Part shown: positions 1-12,328 of the stretch, one piece after another
Layout: every line of letters starts with the position of its first letter
Position numbering within the stretch: position 1 is the first letter of the stretch
Program-made: the position numbers and the translations under genes
Source: Paraspadella gotoi
Taxonomy: Eukaryota > Animalia > Chaetognatha
Assembly: GCA_051294375.1 (NCBI GenBank)
Contig: JBJCIZ010000239.1
Location: forward strand, 2,555,476 to 2,619,475
Reading direction: 5' to 3'
DNA: 64,000 nt
The notes under the pieces: model-generated
What the model saw: only the letters and a program-made list of their open reading frames with translations
Database searches by the model: none
What the model was told of the DNA's origin: nothing

Positions 1-730
1 AGTATGTGATTGAGCTGGATATGAAGTTTCGATTGAATCGTCCGAGTGGAAATGAGTTTAAATGGAAAAAACAAAAAAATATATTTCACTATTTGAAGAC
101 CAATTATTCATGAGTGGATTGGGCGATTTGTAGTCGGGCATAGCAAAGTTCACCCCGCTCTAAGCATGACACCTTCAGTCGTGACCCGGTGGCTCATTGA
201 GTAAAGCCATCAGCTCATGACCACTAGGTACCGGGTTCAATCCCAACCGGTACCTACCCTGCGGGAAGTGTGAGGACGGCCGTAAGCTGCCTTGGGGGTG
301 TGGAAAACCCTCAAGCCTGGTTCCAACCCCAGGACCCGTTCCATAGCTGCTAGATGGGGTTAAAGATAAGTCATCTTCAGCCCACTTAGCGCCTTATCCA
401 CAGATTGACGTTAAAATTTGTATGTGGGTAGAAAAGTGTGTGATTAAGCCGGAAATCAAGTTTCCATGGAATCGTTTAAGTGGAAATGAGTTTAAATTGA
501 AAAAACAAAAAACCTGTTTTCACTAATGATTATGCTTTTTTCTTTTTATATTAAATGTAATTGCAAGATGTAAGAATTAATCAAATAATTAATCAGTTAA
601 TTAAACAATTAGTCAATTAATTAATAATTAATCAATCAAACAAAACATTAATTAACTTGAATTAATTAATTATTCATTAATTACCGATAATGATCGTGGG
701 CAGATCCGACATTGTTTGCTCAAACTTGTT
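1..730 (+). mobile_element. 3' part of a DINE-1/HINE-like non-autonomous Helentron element (5' end outside the window)
   Basis: Ends in GCAGATCCGAC (700-710), a GTTTG-CT-CAAAC hairpin and a T-run, the same 3' end as the copies at 1107-1759 and 7459-8321. Internal blocks (gtggaaatgagtttaaa, aaattttgtgtgtgggtag) are shared with those copies. Confidence 0.75.
184..402 (+). mobile_element. tRNA-derived SINE nested in the HINE
   Basis: Pol III A-box-like TGGCTCATTGA (190-200) and B-box GGTTCAATCCC (234-244), bracketed by ccgg...ccgg. A GC-rich non-tRNA body follows. No clean anticodon arm. Confidence 0.55.
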
Positions 731-1106
731 TTTTGTAATTGTACAAGTGGTTTTTGTTATTGGTTTTTTATAAAGATTACCTTCAATATTAGTAGTGTTT
801 TGTGCTATTTTTATTTTTCTACTACAGCTTAAAACAAGGGACTCATGGCTTCATAAATCTCGATAAGGATTAACAATTACTTATAGCGTTGAAATTCACT
901 ACTCATGGATGATTCAATTCGTTTTGATCAACATTGATTAAGGAGGGACGGATCCATTAATTTCAAAAAAATTACAAAAATATTTGAAATATTGGAAACT
1001 TTGTCCTGATGGTCACTGATTCATGTTTTCCTGGGCTACAAGATGCACCAATCAAAAATTTTTCTAGTGGTCTACTTTTGAAAAAAATCTGAGATCGGCG
1101 GTTTTA

Positions 1107-1759
1107 TTTTTAGTCGGATCTGCTTTCAGCAGATCCCGACTTTATAATTCACTTTGTCAGTCCGTCAGTCCGCCGCCTCAATCTTGTCGGGCATCCATTT
1201 ACATGTCAGAACATTGTATTATGATAATGCAAAAAAAGTGTTCGTCCGTCTATCCATCCGTCCCTGCGTCCGTCCCACCTTAGCAAAAAGCTCCAATAAC
1301 TCGGGGTGGTTGGATTGGAATGAAATTTTGTGTGTGGGTAGAAAAATATGAGTCACATATACTTGAATCTTTTTACTTATTTTAACCCATAATTACTCGA
1401 ATTAATCATAATTGAATTAATAGATTGAGATGAAATTTTGTGTGTGTGTAGGAAAGTGTGTGAAGAAGCTAGATATAAAGTTTTGACAGAATCGTGCCAG
1501 TGGAAATGAGTATAAATGGAAAAAACATAAGTCACATTTACTTGAATCTTTATTATTTATGATTACAAATAAATGTTTTAATTAATTAATTAATGTGAAA
1601 AAATGATGCAAGTTGAAAAAATGATGCGAATTGTAAAAATGATGCGAGTTAATGAAGCAGTTAAAAAATTTTTTTTAAATATTGTGATTTATCATCTGAT
1701 TAGCTGATTACCGCTTAATTATTTTAGGCAGATCCGACATTGTTTGCTCAAACTTATTT
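1107..1759 (+). mobile_element. DINE-1/HINE-like non-autonomous Helentron, complete copy
   Basis: 5' T-run, subterminal IR GTCGGATCTGC (1113-1123) with an adjacent partial IR GCAGATCCCGAC, GTCC/GTCY microsatellite, 3' GCAGATCCGAC (1728-1738), short hairpin and T end. No TSD. This is the DINE-1/HINE architecture. Confidence 0.85.
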
Positions 1760-2566
1760 ACTTTTCAGGTTTTGGAAAGAAAAATTTTGTTTCTGGTTTA
1801 CTTTTTGGGTTTACTATGTTTTTAGAGTTTTTACAAAAAAAATTTCGCTTGAATTAGAAGATGACTATAAAAGAAGAAGCCAATGGTAGTTTTTGTATAT
1901 TCTCAGATTGGAAGATGTGGAATGACATCAATATTGTAATTCTTAAATATCGTTTTAATTGGACCTCTTCTCGTGGATAAAACTTTAAAAAAAGTATCAA
2001 AATTTCCCCTTTCTTTTTCAACATGTTTGCCTTTTATTATTTTCGCCGATTCTGACTGCCGCTTACAAATTTATGAATCCGGTGGCTAATTTTTTCTCTT
2101 AAAGTTTTTCATTTCATTTTCTTTTAAAATAATAATTTGGCGATTCAAACTGGACTATTTCATTTAAACCTGATCATTTTATGTCAAAATTATTATAAAA
2201 TGAAAAAAGAAAAATAGGACAAGCTCTTCAGACACAAAGCTATCGGAAACGCGAAATTCAAAGTCGCTCATGTAACAGGAACATATCGAAATCTCGTTTG
2301 CAATTTTAAGTTTTAACTTTCCCTTTCATTTCTATAGTAAAAATGAGGTTTAAAAATTCTCTGAAGATGAGGAGTGCATTTCCCCTGGCTTGTTTGATAT
2401 TAAATCCTTTATCAAATGCAATAAAATGAATAGGACAAGCTCTTCAGATGTAACGCTATCGGAATCCTGCGTTTTTACAACTGACTTCTACCCGGATTTC
2501 TGGCAATTGCTTTTGCAATTTGGGTAGTCCGATTTGAACGGAACTCTCTATTAGAAAAATGTTGAA

Positions 2567-3500
2567 TTTTTAGTCGGATCTGCTTATCAGCAGATCCCGA
2601 CTCTATAATTCACTTTGTCGGTCCGTCGGTCCGCCCCCTCAATATTGTCGGGCACTAACTTATATCATGTCAGAACATCGAATTATGATAAATTATGCAA
2701 AAAAATTGATGTCCGTCTGTCTCTGTCCGTCCGTCCGTCCGTCCCACCTTAGCAAAAAACACCAATTACTCGTGATTGGATGGATGGATTGGAATGAAAT
2801 TTTGTGTGTGGGTAGTAGAGTGGAGCACTGGGGAACATAAATTTTATTTGAGTAAACAAACATGGATATTTAGACGTGAGATAGTATGATTAAGGAGTAC
2901 AAAAAATATTTTGCTTATATTGTTTGGGGAACAGTATCATTAATTACAATATATTTATAGTAATATCCTTATAAAATCATAAATTTTTAAAATAATTTTT
3001 TTAAAATTTTTATTAAAGATTCTGATTCTTCATAAAAAGTTAGATCAAAAACATAAAATATGTTATAAAAATTTTAATGTCTTCAGCGTTAAAAATGCAA
3101 AAAAAAGTCAAATTCTCCACTTTTTCACGCTATTGTATGATGAAACGTTTTGGTCATTTTTCGCAGCTTTAACCTAAAAATATCATATAACATATTTTAC
3201 AAAAGTTTTTCAGTTTTTTCCGGCGAATCCGAAACTGTTCTTAAAATTAAAAAAAATATGATTTAGAAATTTTATGATTTTATAAGGATATTACTATGAA
3301 GAAAATTTAATTAATGATACTGTTGTGCAAATTTTTTTTGAAAAATGGCTTCATTATTTTTTATTACATATACAAAGGCAGCAAAAAAACATTGTTCCAT
3401 TGCTCAATCTTTTCATCACTCCACCCTAGTGGGTAGGGAAGTGTTCGATGGAATCTTCCGAGTGGAAACTAGTTTAAATAGAAAAAACATAGTTTAAATA
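2567..3500 (+). mobile_element. HINE-like element, 5' part, interrupted by a MITE
   Basis: Same 5' end (tttttagtcggatctgcttatcagcagatcccgac) and (GTCC)n tract as the copy at 1107. The right boundary is approximate. Confidence 0.7.
2816..3428. mobile_element. hAT-type MITE with 8-bp target-site duplication
   Basis: Perfect direct repeat GTGGGTAG at 2808-2815 and 3429-3436. TIRs TAGAGTGGAG / CTCCACCCTA (1 mismatch). Long internal inverted repeat about 2930-2995 vs 3260-3324. Confidence 0.85.
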
Positions 3501-3863
3501 TATTTAAATAAAATCTGAGCTGAAAATATTTTTTCTATCTGAAAAAAACTGTAATTAAGTTAAATTTAATTTTAAATTAAACTTTTTTAATTCTATAAAT
3601 TAAAAATTTTATTTCTTATATTTTTATTATATTTCTTTAAATTTAAGTCTTTTTTTTAAATCCATAACGTTTTTCGATGTTAAAACAGTTTTAAACCAAA
3701 AGGATTGATCTGTTTTATTGCAATATTGCATAATATTATGCTTATACATACTTAAATCTCTAACACACACTCTCTCTCTATCTTCTTTCTTTCTTCCCCT
3801 TTTGCACTGAACAAAAAAGCAAATAAAAAAATATAATAAATAAATAAATCAAAATTATTAATA

Positions 3864-3960
3864 AACAAGTTTGAGCAAACAATGCCGGTTCTGCCCACGA
3901 TCATTAGCGGTAATTAATTGATTAATTAATTGATATAAATAAATTATTTAATTAATTACA
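3864..3960 (-). mobile_element. HINE-like 3' end, reverse orientation
   Basis: The reverse complement reads gatcgtgggcagaaccggcattgtttgctcaaacttgtt, matching the 3' end at 692-730. Confidence 0.65.
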
Positions 3961-4249
3961 TATTAATTAATTAAAATAATACTTGTACTTTGTGAGCCGT
4001 AGTACAGTAGTGTTTCAATAAGAATGACCTGTTTTACCCAATCTTGTTATGGATGACCTTTTCTCAGCCAATGTAAATACTAGTTGGTTGTTATTATTTT
4101 TATCATTTTTACTTTTTTACTGTTTTTGACAATACCAGGTTTTTTTTTATCACAAAAAACACGCCTCAAATTTTTTTATAAATTTTTTGTTTGAGTCACC
4201 GCAAACATTATAAAAATATTCAATTAATTAATTTAGAGAAAGCAAAGAA

Positions 4250-4520
4250 TTTTGAATTTGTAACAACGATTTTTTATTAATAGTTGGACATGTTTCGGCT
4301 TGTTTACTTCAAGCCTTCATCAGCATATGACATTCAATAATAAATTTGTGTAAAAGAAGAGTGTGAGAGAGAGAAAGAGAGAGAGAGGGTAAAAGTTTTT
4401 CCAACAAAGTGGTGAGACAGAATAGTGGTCAGATGTGAGGACAGGTTGAAGGTAAGGGCAGATTGAGTGAGTTGTGAAAAGAAGTGAAATTGTTAAAGAG
4501 AGAGAGAGAGAGAGAGAGAG
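4250..4520 (-). mobile_element. Solo Penelope-like terminal repeat (pLTR) fragment
   Basis: The reverse complement aligns by eye with 30090-30450 (CT microsatellite, acctgtcctcacatctgaccactattc, hammerhead, aataaaa...atcgttgtt). Confidence 0.8.
4284..4326 (-). ncRNA. Minimal type I hammerhead ribozyme
   Basis: Minus strand: CTGATGA-A-GGCTTG(aagtaaa)CAAGCC-GAAAC-AT-GTC. Conserved core, 6-bp stem II, palindromic ACATGT stem III, GUC cleavage triplet. Stem I is weak. Confidence 0.75.
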
Positions 4521-6029
4521 AAACAAAACAACAGGGATAAATAAATAATAAAGATACATTTTTGCAATGTCCAACAAAGATAAAGGAGTTTAATTAATTA
4601 AATAATTAATGATGGCAACCACGACAATGATAATACCGACGATGACAAATTGATTGCTTAATTTTTTGATTGATTGATTGAATATTTGATTAATTGATTG
4701 AATAATTAATTAACTGATCAGTTCTGGCATTGTTAGTTCAAACTTGTTTGTTTTTTTGTCTTTTCATTATGACAAAAAGAAATGACTACCTGATGATGAT
4801 TATGATGACGACGAGGATAGCACCATCATAATTAATTGAATGATTGATTGATCAATAAAATAAATTCATATCAGGCCTGTTAATTTTTAGGTCTTTTTGT
4901 CAGGTCACTGACCAGGACAAAAGCAACAACGATGTTGAGATGACAATGATAATACTGACATTGTTTAATTGATTGATTAATTAATTGATTAATTTATTAA
5001 TTGGTTCTTTTAATAATTTATTGCTAAATAAATTTATTAATTAGTTGATTGATAAATTAATTGATTATTTAATTGATTAAAAAATTGATTCATTAATTTT
5101 TTAAGTGATTTTGATTGATTAGTTGTTTAGTTAATTAATTGATTAATTAATTGATTAATTGAATAATATTCAGCTTATATTATGAATAAAAAAGAAAACA
5201 AATAGGAAAAAGGTTTTTTGTTTTTTTTTTCATTTAAACTCATCTATTCGAACGATTCTTACAATCTTACAAATCTTACAATTTTTCATAGTAAAAATTT
5301 CACTTGTTATTTGTTACAAAAAAGATTGTTTAAAATTATTTTACCAATGAATTACATGTCTAAAAAGAGTATTTTTATAAATAATAACAAATGTAAAATT
5401 TTTAAAGAAAGAAGCGATGTGCACTCGAAACCGAAAGCGATCCGGGCTAAAAAGTGAGATTGCACCCGAAAACGGAGCGGGAGGGGTCTTGGAAGCGCCG
5501 GATTGACGGCGGAAAAATCGATCGCTTCCACATCTCTGCTACCAATTGTTGGCCATGATTCGAAGTATATAATACTAAAATCTGATTGGACTGGCTTTAT
5601 TGCTTTCAGAAAAAAAAAAAAAGAAAAAAAAAGAGAGAGAGATAATTTGGAAGATTTTCCACTTCTGACCCTGATATCTCAAAAAGTTGATGACGAGAAA
5701 AATTTTTGATTGGTGCATCTTGTAGCGAATTAATGACCATCGGGACAAAACTTCCAATTTCTTAAATTTTAGGGTAATGTTTATAGCATAAAAGCCAGTT
5801 ATGAGTCGAATATTATCTCTGCCATAAGTAATTTATAAAATTCCACTCCTTATTGTCATGATTTACTTCAAGCCAGTTTTCAAGCCAGTTCATAGGCGTT
5901 CGAGCAATATATCTATAGAGCAAAGTTTTTTACTTTTCTCTTTTTCAAATATTCTAATAAGTAATATATTTTATTTATTTATTAGTACAATCCGTTATTT
6001 TTATTACATACCAAAAGTGAAGGACTGTT

Positions 6030-9000
6030 ATGGAGAGGCTGGAGCTTCCTCCTCCACCCGATGTCTCGAAGTCTCTTCGTTTCTTCCACTCTAACGCCAT
6101 GTTCTGTGACGTACGCCTCTGGCCATCTTCTACCGATGCCGCTGCAGCAGCAGCAGCGGAGTCTCCCAAGTATCTTCTTGTCCATCGCGTCGTCCTCGCC
6201 GCGTCCTCTTCTTATTTTGCCAACACATTCAAGAATATCGAGGAAAAACAGGATATTTTTCTTCCTTATTCAATTGATGGTAAATATCATCTTAAAAGTT
6301 ATGCCTATTTTGTTGGACGGTTTCTTGCAAAAACTTGGTATCATATGTAATCTCCTGTTTTTTTCGCATTAAGAAACAGAGACAAATGTTTTTTTTCCAA
6401 ATTACAAACGAACAAGAGGTAATTCAAATGTGTTACACCTTATCACATGTATTTTCGTTACATGACATGTCTTTTATTTCTTATTAGATTTAGGATTTCC
6501 TGAAGACGGCACTAGCAGTCTCTTAGATTTGAGGATTTTTTTCTGTCTGAACAAAGAGCAACAAACTATAGGCCAAATTATATGCATTATAACGTAGGTG
6601 GGACAGACTGACGGACAGACATACCGACCGAAGAGTGACGTATAGAGTTGCTTCGCGAGTACTCTCGGCACAACTAAAAAAAAACTACTCAACAGGTAAG
6701 GTTCTATCGTTTCTCCTCTCCTGGATGTACGGCCACCCTTTGGAAATTCAAAGGTCTAGCGACGCTCACAACATTTCATTTCTACAAAATTTGCTCGATG
6801 CCTCACAATGTCTAGGAATTGTTAATTTAGAGGCATATCTCGAGGGTGTGCTCGACCAATTTGGGGAAACCAAGCCGAAAGAGTTAGAGGACCAAGAGTG
6901 CATTTCCATAGTTGACGATGATCTTCAATTCACTGCCACTTCAGATTGCGAGAGCGACTCCGGAGGTAGAGGCTGCGATTCGGAAAACTCGATTGTCGAA
7001 ACTGAAACCAAAATCTGTAATAAAGATTCGCATACTCAACAACAAATCTGTAATGAAGATTCGCATACTCAACCACAAATCTGTAATGAAGATTCGCATA
7101 CTCAACCACAAATCTGTAATGAAGATTCGCATACTCAACTGCAATCGCAGATTGAAAACGTTAAAGTTGGCAAGAACGAGTTAAAATGCGAGAAGAAATA
7201 CCTTGCGAGAAATACCATTGATCCAGTTTTAGCGAAGCACATTGTCGACGACTCGTTTCAATGTTTAGTCTGCGAGTTTTCTTTGTCCAAAGTCAAAAGC
7301 GAACAAACATTTTTTTCTAATTGCGCCAAGCATCTCTACAAAGCTCACAAAATAACCTCCAAATTCTTTCATCATCCTTGTCCCGTGGAGGGCTGCAACT
7401 CAGGTGATGTTCTGCTTTACAAAGTTAAATAACCTTAAAGTGAATTCACTGTGACCGATTTTTAGTCAGATCTGCTTATCAGCAGATCCCGACTCTATAA
7501 TTCACTTTGTTGGTCCGTCGGTCCGCCCCCTAAAAATTGTCGGGCACACACTAAAATTTCAAAATAGTCTTTTTAAATTCTGATAAAAGATTCAGATTCC
7601 TCGTAAAAACTTGTTAAAAGAAAATATAACCCTTTTTCAAAGATTATGTCATTAAATAGGTTAAAATTACAAAAAACTATATTTTTAAGCTGGAAATTGA
7701 AAATCAGCGTCTTAAATATAGTTTTTTACATTTTTGACCAACATAATGAAAGAATTTTTAAAAACAAATTATACTTTCTTATATCAACTTTTTGTATGGA
7801 ATCTAAATCCGATCAGAAAATTAAAAAAATTGTATTTTAAAATTTTATCCTATTATATACTTATTACTATATATAAATATAGCTCACTGGCGCCCACTAA
7901 TGTATAAAATTAAAAAGTAAATTTACCAAAATATTTTTATTGGTGTTTATTTTCATGTTTTATATGCTAAATTTAAATTTTCTAAAATTTTATCATTTTA
8001 ACATCACTCTATTGATTATGCTTCTTTTTCTTTTTATATTAAATTTAAATGCAGGATGTATTAATTAATCAAATATTTAATCAGTTAATTAGACAATTAA
8101 TTAATTAATAATTAATCAATAATTAATTAATCAGTCAATCAATCAAGTCAATCATTATCGGCATTATTCTCATCGTCATTGCTTTTGTCGTGGTGAGTGA
8201 CGAAAAGACCTAAAAACAAACATTTGGGATTAATTAATTAATTAATTAACTTAAATTATTTAATTAATTATTTACGGATAATGATTGTAGGCAGATCCGA
8301 CATTGTTTGCTCAAACTTATTATATCCTTTCAGTGTTTTTCAGCCGTGTTGCTTGGACTGCTCACAATGCTCGCAAGCACAAGAGTAAGCGTAAAGATCC
8401 CATCGAACCCGTGAAAGTTTCCTGCGAAAAGTGTAACGCTGTCTTATTGAAAGTAAGTCTCAGGGAGCACAACTTAAGAAAGCACACTCAGGAAGGAAAG
8501 CATCCTTGCGAATTCTGCCTTAAGGTGTTTCCGAATGCCAATTATCTAAGCAGACATAAGAAAATATGTCACTTCCGAGAAAAAATATCTGAATTCAAAT
8601 GCGCTCATTGTAATTTTTGGGGTGCCAACAAAAATACCTTCGCTCATCATTGTTTTAGACGCCACGGAATCTTGATAAAAGAATTCAAGATTTTCGCGTG
8701 TCAAAGTTGTGATTACAAAAGCCCCGTGAAAAAAGTTGTGACTCTGCACGAAAGGACGGTTCATGTTCGGTCATTTGAGTTCAAGTGCGAGGTATGCGAG
8801 AAACGTTTTGCTACCAAAAGGCTGAGGAAGACTCACGTTGAAAGAGTTCACCAGGACTCTCAGGTTCGAGCATGCGTCAAGTGCGGACTCGTCTTTCGAT
8901 CCCACTGCGGAATGGAATATCATTTGTTGAAGATTCATCACATTGGGAAAAACGGGGCGAAAGCAGAAGACGACAAAGTCAGAATCAAAAAACCTTTCAA

Positions 9001-9187
9001 ATGCGCCTATTGCTCTCGCTCGTACTCCCTTCCGGGAAACGTCAAGAAACACTACAAGAACAAACATCCCGACAGACTTGTTCGATACGTGGACTTGCGT
9101 AAAGATTTAAAGGTGTCAAAGAATCGAGTCGGCGAATTTAATGATAATGTCGTACCCGAATGTCCCTACTCAAATGGAACCGGTTGA
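6030..9187 (+). CDS. BTB/POZ-C2H2 zinc finger protein, copy 1 (exons 6030-6279, 6696-7403, 8334-9187)
   Basis: BTB motif FCDVRL...VHRVVLAASSSYF, joined through GT-AG sites in consistent phase to SFLLSWMYG, then about 8 C2H2 fingers. Confidence 0.88.
6595..6684 (-). mobile_element. 5' end of a second HINE-like family in BTB-ZF intron 1 (paralogous copy about 10430-10530)
   Basis: Minus strand: T-run, AGTTG...GCAACTCTATA, then a GGTC/GTCY microsatellite. Present in both gene copies. Confidence 0.55.
7011..7140 (+). repeat. 30-bp coding tandem repeat (ICNEDSHTQP/Q), 4 units; 3 units in copy 2 (about 10855-10950)
   Basis: aaatctgtaatgaagattcgcatactcaac repeated in frame. Confidence 0.9.
7459..8321 (+). 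mobile_element. HINE-like insertion in intron 2 of BTB-ZF copy 1
   Basis: Both termini match the family. The paralogous intron in copy 2 (11424-11495) is the empty site ccgattttt|gtatcctttcag, with insertion in the T-run and no TSD. Confidence 0.9.
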
Positions 9188-9894
9188 CTAAATTTTTTTG
9201 AAATCTCTACCAAGTATTTTCAGAGTTTGCAAAGCTTGATATACAAATTTATTTGAATTATTTCTAGAATTTGTAGGTACCTACACCGAATTATGAATTG
9301 AATTTTAGATTCTTACCTCGAGTATGACCATTGTCAAGCGGTAAGAATATTATGAAATCGGGCGCAACAGCGAAATAAAACGCTTATCATAAATTTTTAC
9401 TTCGTGAAGATGGGAAGATGATCGGGTATGTTTAATAATAACCAATAGCATTTTGTCGACAAAGGAACATTATCTCGAAATATATTTTTGTTTACTTATC
9501 ACTTAGGTAAGGAACAAAATATCATCTTACCTTCTCTCGTAGCTAATGTGGAGAAAAGTAATGATGCCATCATGGCGGAGAACGGTGGCATCTTCATCAG
9601 TTTAACGGGACAAGAAGCCGTCAGCGATGTGTTGACCCTCAAAACATGATGATTTTGATAAATTTCATGAAATATAGTATTGTTTTAATTATTGTGTAGT
9701 TTTATCCGACTTCATGTTTGCTGAAACCTTTGGTCTGTTTCATTAGGTTTTACATTTTCATATGGAGCTTATTCAGCTCAATCGTCGTTCATACTTTATC
9801 CATTCTTTTTTGAATTTTCTAATAATTAATATATTTTATTTATTTATAAGTACAATCCGTTATTTTTATTACTTACCAAAAGTGAAGGACTGTT

Positions 9895-12328
9895 ATGGAG
9901 AGGCTGGAGCTTCCTCCTCCACCCGATGTCTCGAAGTCTCTTCGTTTCTTCCACTCTAACGCCATGTTCTGTGACGTACGCCTCTGGCCGTCTTCTATCG
10001 ACGCCGCTGCAGCATCAGCAGCGGAGTCTCCCAAGTATCTTCTTGTCCATCGCGTCATCCTCGCCGCATCCTCTTCTTATTTTGCCAACACATTCAAGAA
10101 TATCGAGGAAAAACAAGATATTTTTCTTCCTTGTTCAATTGATGGTAAATATTATCTTAAAAGTCATGCCTCTTTTGTTGGACGGTTTCTTGCATAAACT
10201 GAGTATCATATGTAATCTCCTTTTTTTTTGTAATAAGAAGCGAAGAGACAAATGTTTTTTTCTAAATTACAAACAAACAAGAATGGTAATTCAAATGTGT
10301 TTCGCCTTATCACGTGTATCTTCGTTACATGACATGTCTTTTATTTCTTATTAGTTTTAGGATTTGAGGATTTTTACTATCTGAACAAAAGAGCAACGAA
10401 CTATAGGCAAATTATATGCATTATAACGTAGGTGGGACAGAACGATGGACAGACATACCGACCGACAGACCGACCAAAGACTGACTTATAGAGTTGCTCC
10501 GCGAGTACTCGCGGCTCAACTAAAAAAAAACTACTCAACAGGTAAGGTTCTATCGTTTCTCCTCTCCTGGATGTACGGCCACCCTTTGGAAATTCAAAGG
10601 TCTAGCGACGCTCACAACATTTCATTTCTACAAAATTTGCTCGATGCCTCGCAATGTCTAGGAATTGTTAATTTAGAGGCATATCTCGAGGGTGTGCTCA
10701 AATTTGGGGAAACCAAGCCGAAAGAGTTAGAGGACCAAAAGTGTATTTCCATAGTTGACGATGATCTTCAATTTGCTGCCACTTCGGATTGCGAGTGTGA
10801 CTCCGGAGCTATAGGCTGCGACGCGGAAAACTCGATTGTCGAAACTGAAACTGAAATCTGTAATGAAGATTCACATACTCAACCACAAATTTGTAATGAA
10901 GACTCGCATACTCAACCACAAATCTGTAATGAAGATTCGCATACTCAACCGCAATCGCAGATTGAAAATGTTAAAGTTGGCAAGAACAAGTTAGAAAAAG
11001 TTTTCCAAGACTCGACCCAATTCCTCGTCCATGTTGAAAAAGAATGCGAAAAGACCGAAATCCCTGCAAAAAGACAGAAGTATAAAAAAGGATTAGATTA
11101 TGACCACAAACACGCTCCAGTAGTATGCGAGAAGTGTGGAAAGGTTGTCAAACGAGAAGCCCTAGAAATACACAACAAATATTTTCACTCGAATTATCCG
11201 CCAGATCTTTTGAAGAAATACCTTGCGAGAAATACCGTTGATCCAGTTTTAGCGAAGCACATTGTCGACGACACGTTTCAATGTTTAGTCTGCGAGTTTT
11301 CTTTGTCCAAAGTCACCAACGAACAAACATTTTTTTCTAATTGCGCCAAGCATCTCTACAAAGCTCACAAAATATCCTCCAAATTTTTTCATCATCCTTG
11401 TCCCGTGGACGGCTGCAACTCAGGTGATGTTCTGCTTTACAAAGTTAAGTAACATTAAAGTGAATTCATCATAACCGATTTTTGTATCCTTTCAGTGTTT
11501 TTCAGCCGTTTTGCTTTGAATGCTCACTCGCGCAAGCACAAGAGTAAAGTTCCCATCGAACTCCTGAAAGTTGCCTGCGAAAAGTGTAACGCCGTCTTAT
11601 CGAAAACTAGTCTCAAGACTCACAACTTAATAAAGCACACTCAGCAAGGAAAGCATCCTTGCGAAATCTGCCATAAGGTGTTTCCAAACGCCAAATATCT
11701 AAGTGCACATAAAAAAATATGTCGCCGAAAAAAAAGATCTGAATTCAAATGTGCTCATTGTAATTTTTGGGGTGTCAACAAAAAGACCTTTGCTCATCAT
11801 TGTTTTCGACGCCACGGAATCTTGATAGAAGAATTCAAGATTTTTGCGTGTCAAAGCTGTGATTACAAAAGCCCCTTGAAAAAAATTGTGACTATGCACG
11901 AAAGGACGGTTCATGTTCGGTCGTTTGAGTTCAAGTGCGAGGTATGCGAGAAACGTTTTGCTACCAAAAGGCTGAGGAAGACTCACGTTGAGAGAGTTCA
12001 CCAGGACTCTCAGGTTCGAGCTTGCGTCAAGTGCGGACTTGTCTTTCGATCCCACGGCGGAATGGAATATCATTTGTTGAAAGTTCATCACATCGGGAAA
12101 AACGGGACAAAAGCAGACGACGACGAAGTCAGAATCAAAAAACCTTTCAAATGCGTCTATTGCTCTCACGTGTACTCCCTTCCGGGAAACGTCAAGAAAC
12201 ACTACAAGAACAAACATCCCGACAGACCCGTTCGATATGTGGACTTGCGTAAGGAATTAAAGGCTTCAAAGAATCGAGCCGGCGAATTTAATGACAATGT
12301 TCTTACTCAAATGGAACCGGTTGACTAA
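9895..12328 (+). CDS. BTB/POZ-C2H2 zinc finger protein, copy 2 (exons 9895-10144, 10541-11423, 11496-12328)
   Basis: Near-identical tandem paralog of 6030-9187 with one extra zinc finger (CEKCGKVVKREALEIHNKYFH). Confidence 0.88.

Noticed and set aside
184-250. Functional tRNA gene
   Set aside because: A and B boxes are present but there is no convincing anticodon stem or terminator, and it continues into a longer body. Better read as a SINE head.
2212-2470. Direct repeat aataggacaagctcttcaga...gctatcggaa (about 2213 and 2429)
   Set aside because: Only two copies inside the TE-rich zone; most likely an internal transposon repeat.
7011-7140. CRISPR-like regularly spaced repeats
   Set aside because: Head-to-tail 30-bp coding repeats without unique spacers, inside a eukaryotic exon.
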